DNA of 64,000 bases from Candidatus Latescibacterota bacterium. Lineage in GTDB: Bacteria; Latescibacterota; UBA2968. The stretch spans positions 4,192,001 through 4,256,000 of the forward strand of contig OZ220741.1 of the NCBI GenBank assembly GCA_965116885.1, read 5' to 3'. The stretch's first letter is position 1, and each line of letters starts with the position of its first letter. Positions 1 to 9,967 of the stretch are shown here, piece by piece. The notes beneath the pieces were generated by a model. The model ran no database searches, was not told where the DNA came from, and worked only from the letters and a program-made list of their open reading frames with translations. A program made the translations under genes and the position numbers.

Positions 1-618
1 GGCTATTTCTTTAGCAACACGTTCTTCCTGTTCAGTCAGTCCGATATGCGGGCGTTATTTAATATTACGCCGATGATTTATCTGATTTTTGTACCCGCGA
101 TCACGATGGGGGTGCTGGCGCGCGAAAAAAGCGCGGGTACACACGAGTTGATGGCGACACTTCCGATTAAAAATTTTGAACTTGTGATTGGGAAGTATTT
201 GTCGTCATTTACCCTGGTGCTGGCCGGGCTGGGTTTTACACTGATACATTTTTTCACGCTTTTGGTCGTCGGAACAAATATCGACTACGGCGGGGTGATC
301 TGCGGGTATTTGGGACTGGCTCTGGTGGGGGCATTTTACGCAGCTATTGGCACGTTCACAAGTAGTTTGACGGATAATCAGGTCGTTGCATTTATTCTCG
401 CGGCGGTATTTGTTTTGGGATTTTATCTTCTCGACAAATTGCTGATTTTTGTGCCGGTGGCTCTTGCTGGACCCATTCAGTTTATGGCGGTCGATTACCA
501 TTTGTCCAATATGTCGCGTGGGGTTGTCGATTCCCGCAATCTGGTGTATTTCGGATCGCTGATCTGGTTGTTTTTGGCGCTTACAGTGCGCGTTATTGAT
601 ATGCGGAAGTGGAGGTGA
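1..618 (+). CDS. ABC transporter permease, GldF-like (5' partial)
   Basis: Frame is open from base 1. Multi-TM protein with 'FVPAITMG..A.EK..GT.EL..TLP' and 'STDNQVVAF'-type GldF/ABC-2 motifs. Confidence 0.85.
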   Translation, partial: GYFFSNTFFLFSQSDMRALFNITPMIYLIFVPAITMGVLAREKSAGTHELMATLPIKNFELVIGKYLSSFTLVLAGLGFTLIHFFTLLVVGTNIDYGGVICGYLGLALVGAFYAAIGTFTSSLTDNQVVAFILAAVFVLGFYLLDKLLIFVPVALAGPIQFMAVDYHLSNMSRGVVDSRNLVYFGSLIWLFLALTVRVIDMRKWR

Positions 619-620
619 TC

Positions 621-2129
621 ATGCCTGTTATTGATTCCAAAAAGACCTTTGTGATTTTTATTGTGGTGGCTATCGCACTCGTGGCACTCGGTAATCTGGT
701 TTCTCGCAATTTTTTCTTTCGGCTGGACCTGACGGAGAATCAGATTTATTCGCTGTCGTCATCGAGCAAGGTGATAATTGAGAAAATCGACGATTTTTTG
801 ACTGCTAAAGTCTATTTTTCCGAAAATTTGCCGGGACAATACGGCAATACGCGGCGGTATTTGCAGGATATTCTGGAGGAATACGCCGCGTATTCAGACG
901 GCAATTTCCGATTTGAGTTTTACAGACCCGATGACGATGAAAAATTGGCGCTTGATGCGCAAAAATCCGGTATTCAGCCCGTGCAATTGCAGGTACTCGA
1001 AAACGACAAGTTTGAGGTGAAGCGCATTTATATGGGAATGGTGCTGCTCTACGGCGACAAGCGGGAGGTGTTGCCGGTTATTCAAACGACTACGGGGCTG
1101 GAATACGAGATTACAACGCGAATTAAAAAACTGGTTGACGATAACCGCTCTGTAGTTGGGGTGGCAAATACTGGGGCTTCGGCACCGGCAATGGAACGGG
1201 TGAGTGCGCGACTTCGGGAAGCCTACGACGTGCGCTCGGTCTTTTTGAGTGCCGGCGTGCCCGACGATATTGAAATGTTGCTCGTCAATGGGGTTGTCGA
1301 TTCTCTGTCTGAAGATGCACTCGGCGCGCTGAGGAACTATATCAACTCGGGAGGCAATCTGTTTTTGGCGCAAAGCAAGATCAATGGCGACCTTCAGGCA
1401 CAGCGAGGGACGCCCATTCAGTCCAATATCTTTGAGGTGCTCGAACCCTTTGGCGTGAGCCTGGCTGACAATCTGGTAATGGACCGGATATGTGGCACGG
1501 TTACGGTATCTCAGCAGCGCGGATTTTTGCGCTTTAATTCGGCGGTAGAGTATCCATTCTTTCCCGTGTTGCAATCTTTTCCCGATCACGAAATTGTCAG
1601 TGGCTTAGAGCAAGTCCAGATGCTGTTTTCCAGTGAGATTGTTTACGATACAGCTGATTCAACGCGCCTTGTAAAGCCTTTGCTGGTCACATCAGACCAT
1701 TCGGGTGCATCGGCCGGGTTTATCAATCTCAACCCCATTCAAAATCAGGCATTTCAATCGCTCAACGAACCGGGCAAGGTGGTAGGAGTTTATGCGACGG
1801 CGACCTCAGATAGCCTGGAAAATGTGATGAGCCAATTGGTGCTGATTTCTACGTCCGATTTTCTACTCGACAGCGGGGGAGGACAGGTGCCGTCCAATGG
1901 GATTTTTGTGATGAATGCGGTAGATGTGCTCATTGGCGACCGCGACCTCGTGGCTTTGAGATCGCGTGAGATTACAACGCGACCGTTGCAAACTGTGGAG
2001 GATACTACTCGAACCACTGTGAAAACCCTCAATATTGTGCTGCCCGTGCTGCTGGTCATTGTTTTAGGTCTGGTACAATGGCGGCTTGTGGTGGCGCGTG
2101 CAAAGCGATTGGAGGCACTCTATGAGTAA
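621..2129 (+). CDS. ABC transporter accessory protein, GldG-like (ABC_transp_aux)
   Basis: 'RLDLTENQIYSLS' and 'LEYEIT' motifs, N- and C-terminal TM helices, GGAGG RBS before ATG 621, follows the GldF-like gene. Confidence 0.85.
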   Translation: MPVIDSKKTFVIFIVVAIALVALGNLVSRNFFFRLDLTENQIYSLSSSSKVIIEKIDDFLTAKVYFSENLPGQYGNTRRYLQDILEEYAAYSDGNFRFEFYRPDDDEKLALDAQKSGIQPVQLQVLENDKFEVKRIYMGMVLLYGDKREVLPVIQTTTGLEYEITTRIKKLVDDNRSVVGVANTGASAPAMERVSARLREAYDVRSVFLSAGVPDDIEMLLVNGVVDSLSEDALGALRNYINSGGNLFLAQSKINGDLQAQRGTPIQSNIFEVLEPFGVSLADNLVMDRICGTVTVSQQRGFLRFNSAVEYPFFPVLQSFPDHEIVSGLEQVQMLFSSEIVYDTADSTRLVKPLLVTSDHSGASAGFINLNPIQNQAFQSLNEPGKVVGVYATATSDSLENVMSQLVLISTSDFLLDSGGGQVPSNGIFVMNAVDVLIGDRDLVALRSREITTRPLQTVEDTTRTTVKTLNIVLPVLLVIVLGLVQWRLVVARAKRLEALYE

Positions 2130-2727
2130 TTTAAAATGGCTTCTCATCGGGATTGCAGTACTGCTGGGTCTTTACGCACTTTTGCAGGTGCGAGAAAGCG
2201 GATATACGACGCCTACAGGCCAGGTCTTTCCCGAAGATACTGATGGTATTTACAAGGTTGAAATGATGACAAAGGGCGATAGCCTGACGCTGCAAAAGAA
2301 GGATCTTGAATGGACGATTGTGGGACACGATACCCTGAAAGTTCGGGACCATCGGATCACGGCACTATTTGAGCAGGTGCTGAAGGTGAGTCGCGAGACC
2401 CCGATGACCGACAACGCCGACAACTGGTCTAAGTATGCCGTAGATGACGCGATGGGAACACATGTCAAGATCTATAATGCGAAGGATGAGTTGCTCACGT
2501 ACGCAGTATTTGGCAGATCGAGTACCGATTGGGCGCGCAATTACGTGCGGATTGGAGATGGTCCAGAGGTGTATCTGACGGATCGAAGTATTGTCTATCA
2601 AGTGAGTACCGATGCGACATTCTGGGGCGAAAAACCTCCAGAACCCGCGCCCACAGCGGTAGATTCCGCAGATGCAGCGCCCGTACCTACAGTGGTGGAT
2701 TCTGCTAAGGTAGGGGATGAAGGATAG
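2122..2727 (+). CDS. DUF4340 domain protein
   Basis: GGAGG RBS, N-terminal TM anchor, 'NYVRIGDGPEVYL' motif. Usual third gene after GldF/GldG-like pairs. Confidence 0.7.
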   Translation: MSNLKWLLIGIAVLLGLYALLQVRESGYTTPTGQVFPEDTDGIYKVEMMTKGDSLTLQKKDLEWTIVGHDTLKVRDHRITALFEQVLKVSRETPMTDNADNWSKYAVDDAMGTHVKIYNAKDELLTYAVFGRSSTDWARNYVRIGDGPEVYLTDRSIVYQVSTDATFWGEKPPEPAPTAVDSADAAPVPTVVDSAKVGDEG

Positions 2728-2736
2728 ACCAGGTGG

Positions 2737-3696
2737 ATGGCTACAAAAATAACGAAAAAAGGCTTTTGTGCCTACTATCTGGGCGGTCTGTTTGTCAGGA
2801 TGAATGCCAACAACATTTTCTTGCTCTGTGCGGGGCTGGCTTTTGCCACTCTTTTGTGCCTTGTTCCCCTGGTCTTTCTGATATTCTTCGCACTTGAGAC
2901 CATTCTGGACGTGAGGGCGATCGCTCATTTAATCAACCAAATAGTGGATGTACTCATCCCATACCCAGAAGAGGCCGAGTATCTGAAGGAGATTTTTTCC
3001 GTGCGCGTCTCTGGCGTCATGACCTTCAAAAAGGCTTATGGAGTTTCGGGCTTGTTGATTTTGATAGTAAGCGCCAGTAGTCTGTTTAGCAGCATGAGAA
3101 CACTACTCAACACGGTCTTCAAGATCGAACACAGTTTTGGACAGAAAGAGGGAGAGGCGAGGTCGGTTGAGGTGGGATGGGTAAAAAATATGGGGACCTC
3201 AGGACGGTGGATAAAATTCTTGCACGGGGTTTTGCCAATAGCAGTGGGCAAATTGAAAGATCTCACTATGGTACTTCTGGTAATATATATTTTTCTTTTT
3301 TTGGTCCTCTCGTTGCCCATCCTATCTACCGTCATCGACACTGCTCCAGCTCTACCGCACACATATATCACCTACTTCTACGGTCTTACCTCCTTCGTCC
3401 TGATTTTTGCTGCCTTTCTGGGACTATACTGGCTGGTTCCATCCCAACAGATTCAGATAAAAATGCTGGTTACAGGTGCTTTTGGGGCTGCTTTGCTGTG
3501 GAAAATCACTGAATGGGGCTTTGGCTATTACCTGAGTCACTTTGCATCTATATCGTATCTGTACGGGGCTTATGTTCTGCTGGTGGTCGTAGCTTTATGG
3601 ATATACTTTTCGGCGATTATTTTTATTGTAGGTGCTCAGATCGCCCAACTCTGTCGCGAAAGGCCATCTGCTGACCTTCAAAGTTCTTTGTTTTGA
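2737..3696 (+). CDS. YihY/virulence factor BrkB family membrane protein
   Basis: 'AGLAFATLLCLVP' and 'LYGAYVLLVVVALWIYFSAIIFIVGA' match the YihY signatures. Confidence 0.85.
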   Translation: MATKITKKGFCAYYLGGLFVRMNANNIFLLCAGLAFATLLCLVPLVFLIFFALETILDVRAIAHLINQIVDVLIPYPEEAEYLKEIFSVRVSGVMTFKKAYGVSGLLILIVSASSLFSSMRTLLNTVFKIEHSFGQKEGEARSVEVGWVKNMGTSGRWIKFLHGVLPIAVGKLKDLTMVLLVIYIFLFLVLSLPILSTVIDTAPALPHTYITYFYGLTSFVLIFAAFLGLYWLVPSQQIQIKMLVTGAFGAALLWKITEWGFGYYLSHFASISYLYGAYVLLVVVALWIYFSAIIFIVGAQIAQLCRERPSADLQSSLF

Positions 3697-3737
3697 AATA
3701 AAGAAGCCGAGTTTTCAGAAAACTCGGCTTCTTTATT
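3697..3737. terminator. Bidirectional intrinsic terminator
   Basis: Long inverted repeat AATAAAGAAGCCGAGTTTT / AAAACTCGGCTTCTTTATT between convergent genes. Confidence 0.85.
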
Positions 3738-3753
3738 CATTGGCCCACAATAC

Positions 3754-6423
3754 TTAAAATTTGAAATCGTAATTGACTTTTGCGTATAGAAATGTGCCGC
3801 CAAAGCCATAGGGGCTATACTCGCCAAATGGCCTGCCAACAATGGGGCCCGGGTTGACGCCTTCTTCGATATTATCAGGCTCGACATCGAGAATATTTTG
3901 AATACCAGCGGTTATGGTCGCTCCGTTGCGAAGAGAAAGGCTGGACTCGAGGTCGATCAAAAATGCGTCTCCAAAGACTTGATGGCCCACACTCCACTCA
4001 TCCCAGGAACCGTAATAATTGACGCGCCCCAATGCACTCCAATAAGGCGTTATGGATTTTGACAGAGTCAAGTTTCCGCGGTGTCTGGGAAGGCCTTTCT
4101 CCAATAGCGTGATGCGTTGTTCGTCGAGAAGGGCCGGGTCGTGTTTGGTCACTTCGGTGTTGGTGTAGTTATACGCGACACTCAGTTCGCCATGACACCA
4201 CACCGGGGCCGTAAGAACAAAGTCAATCCCCTGGGTTTTTGTTTCAAAGTCATTGGTAAAGAACGCGAATTCTTGCAGGTTTCTCGCATTGATGCCCGTG
4301 GCCTCCAACTGGTCAATTTGTTGAGACGTAAGTGCTTTGTCGCTGGAGGTCGTCATGCGATCTTTCACTGAAATATTGAAATAGTCTATCGTTACATTGA
4401 GCGGAGCGATATTGGTATCGACGGGATAAACGTGCTTCGTAAAAATAAAGCCCGCCGAGATATTGATCGACTTTTCTGGCTTAAGCCCCTCGCCACCTAC
4501 CAATGCCGCTGCGGGATGGATAGAGGGAATTGTGCCTCTATTGACCAGGATAAAATTGCCGTCGTCATCTTCTCCAAACTCAGTCGTGACATTAAAGGCA
4601 TTTTGCTGGCCGGGCGTGGGTGCTCTGAAGCCCGTGCTGAAACTGCCGCGCACGTTCACGTTCTCGTTAAGCCCGTAATTGGTCGCCACTTTGAAGTTGG
4701 TCGTGGATCCAAAATCCTCGAAGTTTTCAAAGCGCAGGGCAGCGCCGAGCAACCAGTTTTCCTGTGGACTAAATTCGGCATCTCCATAAATCGCCCAGTT
4801 GGAGCGGCTCCAACTTCCGGATGCAATATCGCCGAAACCGGGGAAGCCGTTGGAAGCCGAGCTAAATCCCTGACTCGCCAGAGGGCCTATTTCAAAAGAC
4901 TCGCGCTGACCGGGCACAACTTCAAAGTTTTCAATGCGGTATTCGAGGCCGGATGCGAAGAAAAATTGCTCACTAAACGGATAGGTTATATCAAAGTTGA
5001 AATTGGTATCTGTCTGGATATAATCGCCGGGATTAAATTCCGTCGGCGTGTTGGGGCCCAAAGAGGCATTGACGGTGTTGAAGATGAAGAAATCGGAGTG
5101 GTGACGCCCATAAGATGCGCTGAGGTCCCAGGTCAGCAGCGATTGCGTCGAGCCCTTGATACCCGCCAGAAAGGCGCGGTCTTCTGTATCCGCGCCAAAT
5201 CGGGGGGTGAACCCGCCGGGAAAGAGTTCCTGGAATGTGAACAAATTGGGATCGTCAAAAACCTGTCTTAAGGCGGCTGCATCTGGCTCCGAACAGCTTA
5301 TGGGCACCACGGGGACATCGCCGCCGCTCATGTTGCCGACGAGCAATGTCGCGACCAGGTTGCCGTTTACCCCATCGACAATACCCAGTTTCTCTGCCTC
5401 GGCCTGTGTATAATAGTTGGTACCGTCCCACATCAATACGGGTCCCTGATATACGGCACCGCGCGTATTGGGATTGCGGAAGTAAAACCCGCCTTCGACC
5501 TGTTTGCTCGCATAGTTACCGTGCCCGTAGAACTCGATATTGTCGTTAATAGTGGCACCGTAGTTGGCAAAAATTTTCAGGTCGTCTCGAACAAAGGGTT
5601 GCCCCCAGGGTTGTGCGGGATCATTCACATCAGTATTGCCCACGCGTATCAGACGCGCGGCATCGTCGCGTTGCACCGAACGGTCGGTCTCATCCGCATT
5701 GCCGTATTCCACACTGAGGTTAATCCATGTATCGGGTGTACCCAGACCGATATTGCCAGCCAAGGCGTAAGTGCCTCCGTCCCCTTGCCGAAAAATACCG
5801 GGTTTGACTTCAATAGAGCCGCCTGAGTAATTGTCTTTGAGTTCAAAATTCAACACGCCAGCAATGGCATCGGAACCGTATTGCGCCGATGCGCCGTCGC
5901 GCAGGACTTCCACGCGTTTGAGGGCAATACTCGGGATAGCGGATATGTCGGGACCTTGCGCGGCATTGGAGAGACCATTGCCCAGCCAGTAAATCACGGA
6001 GGCGCGGTGGCGGCGCTTGCCGTTGACGAGTACCAGCGCGTGGTCGGGTGCCAGCCCTCGCAGATTGGGGGGGCGAACAACAGTTGCCGCATCGCTGATC
6101 GGCTGGAGGTTGACGTTATAAGAGGGCACAACATTTCTCAGCAAGTCCTGAACATCGCTACCGCCTTGCTTAACGAAATCTTCGCCGGTAACCACATCAA
6201 TGGGCACCGCGGATTCGGTGACAGAACGCGGTTGTGCGCGGGTACCGATGACCACCAATTCTTCGAGTACGACCACTTCTTCGAGTATGTCTGTGAGTGG
6301 GGGCAAGGCAGTTGTATCCGCACTCTCGGTACGCGGCGTTTCTTGTGATACGGCAACGCCACTCATCGCAAGCAAGACAATGAGGCCAAGAGCGAGAGAC
6401 TTGAAATGGGATTTGTGTTCCAT
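3754..6423 (-). CDS. TonB-dependent outer-membrane receptor (paralog 1)
   Basis: Signal peptide, TonB box 'EELVVIG', plug motif 'RVEVLRDGASAQYGSDAIAGV', C-terminal aromatic 'NYDFKF'. Confidence 0.95.
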   Translation of the reverse strand: MEHKSHFKSLALGLIVLLAMSGVAVSQETPRTESADTTALPPLTDILEEVVVLEELVVIGTRAQPRSVTESAVPIDVVTGEDFVKQGGSDVQDLLRNVVPSYNVNLQPISDAATVVRPPNLRGLAPDHALVLVNGKRRHRASVIYWLGNGLSNAAQGPDISAIPSIALKRVEVLRDGASAQYGSDAIAGVLNFELKDNYSGGSIEVKPGIFRQGDGGTYALAGNIGLGTPDTWINLSVEYGNADETDRSVQRDDAARLIRVGNTDVNDPAQPWGQPFVRDDLKIFANYGATINDNIEFYGHGNYASKQVEGGFYFRNPNTRGAVYQGPVLMWDGTNYYTQAEAEKLGIVDGVNGNLVATLLVGNMSGGDVPVVPISCSEPDAAALRQVFDDPNLFTFQELFPGGFTPRFGADTEDRAFLAGIKGSTQSLLTWDLSASYGRHHSDFFIFNTVNASLGPNTPTEFNPGDYIQTDTNFNFDITYPFSEQFFFASGLEYRIENFEVVPGQRESFEIGPLASQGFSSASNGFPGFGDIASGSWSRSNWAIYGDAEFSPQENWLLGAALRFENFEDFGSTTNFKVATNYGLNENVNVRGSFSTGFRAPTPGQQNAFNVTTEFGEDDDGNFILVNRGTIPSIHPAAALVGGEGLKPEKSINISAGFIFTKHVYPVDTNIAPLNVTIDYFNISVKDRMTTSSDKALTSQQIDQLEATGINARNLQEFAFFTNDFETKTQGIDFVLTAPVWCHGELSVAYNYTNTEVTKHDPALLDEQRITLLEKGLPRHRGNLTLSKSITPYWSALGRVNYYGSWDEWSVGHQVFGDAFLIDLESSLSLRNGATITAGIQNILDVEPDNIEEGVNPGPIVGRPFGEYSPYGFGGTFLYAKVNYDFKF

Positions 6424-6723
6424 AAAAAACTCCTTTGTGTTATGAACACGGGGGAGATATGTGGTTGTTGGAAGACGTATGTGGCTGCCAATTGAATCCT
6501 CGTTTAATCCAAAATATAAAACGAAAAAAAAAAGCCAAATTAAATTTGATCTGGCTCATATCTTATTTTTCAATAATATGGCATATCGTCTTTAGTCGAT
6601 ATATCGCCCGCATTTTACAGAAATATTATTCCATATTTTGTTTAATTTCAAATATTTATGTTAATTATACAGGCTATATGACGATATATACACCTCGTTA
6701 AATACTACTCGCATTGATAATTT

Positions 6724-6763
6724 AAAAAAAGAAGCCGCGTTTTTTGTAACGCGGCTTCTTTTT
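6724..6763 (-). terminator. Intrinsic terminator after receptor paralog 2
   Basis: AAAAAGAAGCCGCGTT / AACGCGGCTTCTTTTT hairpin with A/T tracts on both sides. Confidence 0.85.
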
Positions 6764-6793
6764 GATTGGGTGAACAATCCTTTGGACAACGAC

Positions 6794-9523
6794 CTAAAAG
6801 CTGAAGTGGTATTTGGCATACCAGAATGCGCCGCTAAAACCAAATGGGCTGTACTGGCTGTACAAATGGCCCGAACCGCTCGTTGCACTGGGATTGATGT
6901 CGGGATAGATATCGAGGATGTTCTGACCGCCAACGGTTACCGTTGAGTGCTCGGCAACGGTATAACTAACTTCGGCGTCCAGTACCCATTCGTCGCCATA
7001 AACGAAGTCATCTTCTTGATCGTACCAGGAACTGTAATACCGGAGGCGTCCCAGTACCTCAAGCATATCGTTCAACGGTTTGACTACCGTCAGATTCCCG
7101 CGGTGTTTGGGAAGACCCTCTTGCAATTCTCGAATCCTTTGAGCGCCCAGGGTCTCCAGATTGTGTTCGGTCACTTCGGTATTCGTCAAGTTATACGCCA
7201 GACTCAGCAGGCCATCACACCACACCGGAGCCGTGAGCACGACGTCAATACCCTGGGTTTTGGTGTCAAAGTCATTGACGAAAAATTTGAAATTTGTAAT
7301 AAAATTCGCAGCCGTGATACCCGCCTGGAGCAGTTCATCAACCTCCGCTGGGGTCAGGGAGAAATTCTGCGAGAGCGTCAAGCGTCCCTTCACTAAAATG
7401 TGGAAATAGTCCACCGTTATATTGACAGGAGGGATACCGGTATCCACGGGAAAAACGGGAATTTCAAAAACAATACCAGCCGAGATATTGGTCGATTTTT
7501 CGGAATCAAGTGCCTCACCACCCTTGGATTCTGCAACGGGATTGTTTGACGGAATTGTGCCGTCATTTGTCAAATCACCGATTGTGGGATCGAAGATCGT
7601 GGATACGTTAAAGGCATTTTGTTGCCCCGGCGTGGGTGCTCTAAAGCCCGTGCTAAAACTGCCGCGCACTTTTGTATTCTCGTTAAGCCCGTAATTGGTC
7701 GCCAGCTTGAAGTTCGTCGTGGATCCAAAATCATCAAAATTTTCAAAGCGCAATGCCGCGCCGAGCAACCAGTCTTCCTGCGGGGTAAATTCGGCGTCAC
7801 CATAAACCGCCCAGTTGGAGCGGCTCCAGGTACCTGCGGCAATTTCGCCAAAGCCCGAGAACCCGTTGGACGCAACCGTAAATCCATACTCTGCCAGCGG
7901 ACCTTTAACCCAGGATTCTCGTTGTCCCTGAACGATTTCAAAATTTTCCGTGCGGTATTCAAGGCCGGCGGCAAAGAAAAATTGCTCGCTAAACGGATAG
8001 GTGATATCGAAGTTGAAGTTGGTATCGGTCTGGATATAGGTTCCAGGATCAAAATACGGTGCATCTTCGTGACTGGGATCAACTTGTGGTCCATTGGGCC
8101 AGGGTTGATCGGGTCCCAAGGAGGAATTCACGGTATTGAAGATGAAGTAATCGGCTTCGTTGCGCCCATAAGACGCGCTGAGATCCCATGTCATCAGCCC
8201 TTGCGATCCCCTAATACCCGCCAGAAAGGCGCGGTCGTCCATAAACGCGCCAAATCGGGGCGTGAAGCCACCGGGAAAGAGTTCCTGGAATGTAAACCAA
8301 TCGGGATCGTCAAAAACGCGTTGTAAGGCTGCGGCATCCGGCTCACTGCAGCTAATGGCCACGATGAACTCCTGGGGAATTCTAAGACCAGTATCTTCGG
8401 ACGGTTCGAGAACCTGTCTCAGATTGCCGGTGAGCAATGTTGCTACCAGATGCCCGTTTACGCCATCGACAATACCGAGTTCAGCAGCTTTGCCCGGATC
8501 ATAATAAGTGGTGCCGTCGGACATCACTACAGGCCCCCTGAATACGCCACCTCGCGTATTGGGATTGCGGAAGTAGAAACCGCCTTCGACTTCTTTGCTG
8601 GCGTAATTCCCATGGCCGTATAATTTGACATTGTCGTTGATGTTTATGCCGTAGTTGACAAAGAATTTCAGGTCGTCTCTGATGTAGGGTTGTCCCCAAA
8701 TTTGTGCGGGATTTTCCACATAATTATTGCCCACGCGTATCAAACGCGCGGCATCGTCGCGTTGTACGGAACGGTCGGTTTCATCCTCGTTGCCATACTC
8801 TACGCTGAAGTTGGCCCAGGCATCTGGCGTACCCAGACCGATATTGCCGGCAAAAGCATAACCGAAACCATCGCCTTGCTGAAAAATACCTGGCTTGACC
8901 TCAAAAGAACCGCCTTTATAATTGTCTTTAAGCTCGAAATTCAGCACCCCGGCAATGGCGTCAGAACCGTACTGTGCAGATGCACCATCGCGCAGAACTT
9001 CCACGCGCTTGATGGCAATAGAGGGGATGGGAGCTATATCTGGCCCCTGGGCGCCGTCGGCGACACCATTGGTTATCCAGTGAATAACAGCGGCGCGATG
9101 GCGGCGTTTGCCATTGATGAGGACCAGCGTATGGTCGGGTGCCAACCCACGCATACTGGGCGGTCGCACGACAGTTGAGGCATCGCTAATCGGGTTTGTA
9201 TTCACATTGTAAGAAGGCACCATATCTCTCAGGAGATTTTGTACATCCGTATCGCCTTGCTTGACAAAATCTTCGCCGGTAACAACATCGATGGGCACGG
9301 CGGACTCGGCGACAGAACGCGGTTGTGCGCGTGAACCGATAACCACCAATTCTTCGAGTATGACCACTTCTTCAAGTATATCAGTAAGTGGGGGTAAGGT
9401 AGCTGTTGTGTCCGCGCTTTCGGTACGCGGCTTTTCCTCTTCCTGTGATATGGCAATCCCGCTCATTGCGAGCAGAACAGCAATGCCAAGGACGAGGGAC
9501 TTAAAGTGCGTCTTAGATTTCAT
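6794..9523 (-). CDS. TonB-dependent outer-membrane receptor (paralog 2)
   Basis: Same motifs as paralog 1, C-terminal 'KYHFSF', AAGGAG RBS. Confidence 0.95.
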   Translation of the reverse strand: MKSKTHFKSLVLGIAVLLAMSGIAISQEEEKPRTESADTTATLPPLTDILEEVVILEELVVIGSRAQPRSVAESAVPIDVVTGEDFVKQGDTDVQNLLRDMVPSYNVNTNPISDASTVVRPPSMRGLAPDHTLVLINGKRRHRAAVIHWITNGVADGAQGPDIAPIPSIAIKRVEVLRDGASAQYGSDAIAGVLNFELKDNYKGGSFEVKPGIFQQGDGFGYAFAGNIGLGTPDAWANFSVEYGNEDETDRSVQRDDAARLIRVGNNYVENPAQIWGQPYIRDDLKFFVNYGININDNVKLYGHGNYASKEVEGGFYFRNPNTRGGVFRGPVVMSDGTTYYDPGKAAELGIVDGVNGHLVATLLTGNLRQVLEPSEDTGLRIPQEFIVAISCSEPDAAALQRVFDDPDWFTFQELFPGGFTPRFGAFMDDRAFLAGIRGSQGLMTWDLSASYGRNEADYFIFNTVNSSLGPDQPWPNGPQVDPSHEDAPYFDPGTYIQTDTNFNFDITYPFSEQFFFAAGLEYRTENFEIVQGQRESWVKGPLAEYGFTVASNGFSGFGEIAAGTWSRSNWAVYGDAEFTPQEDWLLGAALRFENFDDFGSTTNFKLATNYGLNENTKVRGSFSTGFRAPTPGQQNAFNVSTIFDPTIGDLTNDGTIPSNNPVAESKGGEALDSEKSTNISAGIVFEIPVFPVDTGIPPVNITVDYFHILVKGRLTLSQNFSLTPAEVDELLQAGITAANFITNFKFFVNDFDTKTQGIDVVLTAPVWCDGLLSLAYNLTNTEVTEHNLETLGAQRIRELQEGLPKHRGNLTVVKPLNDMLEVLGRLRYYSSWYDQEDDFVYGDEWVLDAEVSYTVAEHSTVTVGGQNILDIYPDINPSATSGSGHLYSQYSPFGFSGAFWYAKYHFSF

Positions 9524-9772
9524 AAAAAAACTCCTTTGAGAAAATGGAGGAGAAATATGATGTCAGGAACATGAGGGAGAAACGAGGATTTACATTCCAA
9601 GCGGTCCGATTATAAAATAACTTTATATATATCAGGCGTCAACACCTAATTGCTTAGACAAATGTAAAAGTATGTATATGCCAATTTGCAATTAAGGGCT
9701 TATTTATATATATTTTTCCCTTTCATGTGTGAGATGAAAGACCCGCCAGATTTAATTGAGGGAGGTTGCGTT

Positions 9773-9934
9773 TTGAAGTCCAGTTATGTAAATAAAGACC
9801 TTGAGGAAACCAGACGCCTACTTACGCGGGTGAGGCAAGGTGGCAAGCGGGGCAAAAAGGCGCGTAAGAAATTGGAAGCAAAAGGCATCAGATATTATAC
9901 ATCTGAAGAAGCCGAGAGTCTCGGTATTGAGTAA
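9773..9934 (+). CDS. Small basic hypothetical protein (53 aa)
   Basis: GGAGG RBS then TTG start; MKSSYVNKDLEETRRLLTRVRQGGKRGKKARKKLEAKGIRYYTSEEAESLGIE. Confidence 0.6.
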   Translation: MKSSYVNKDLEETRRLLTRVRQGGKRGKKARKKLEAKGIRYYTSEEAESLGIE

Positions 9935-9967
9935 AAAGAAAGGCGTGTAAAAGCGGCCTTTTTTGTT

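Noticed and set aside
2644..2706. Short PxPTxVDSA duplication at the DUF4340 C-terminus
   Set aside because: Low-complexity disordered tail with no sign of a distinct function.
1..2727. Gliding-motility assignment for the GldF/GldG-like genes
   Set aside because: This ABC module is widespread in non-gliding bacteria and no other gld/T9SS genes are present here.
4432..5271. Long antisense ORFs over the TonB receptors (also 7619-8326)
   Set aside because: Shadow frames of well-supported genes; their mutual similarity simply reflects the paralogy.
6495..6505. AATCCTCGTTT 11-mer upstream of both receptors (also about 9580 and 40454)
   Set aside because: Opposite orientations, and one copy is just an RBS; probably coincidental.
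6424..6790. Possible cobalamin or other riboswitch upstream of the receptors (also 9524-9700)
   Set aside because: AT-rich with no B12-box or other conserved core that I can see; an Rfam scan would settle it.
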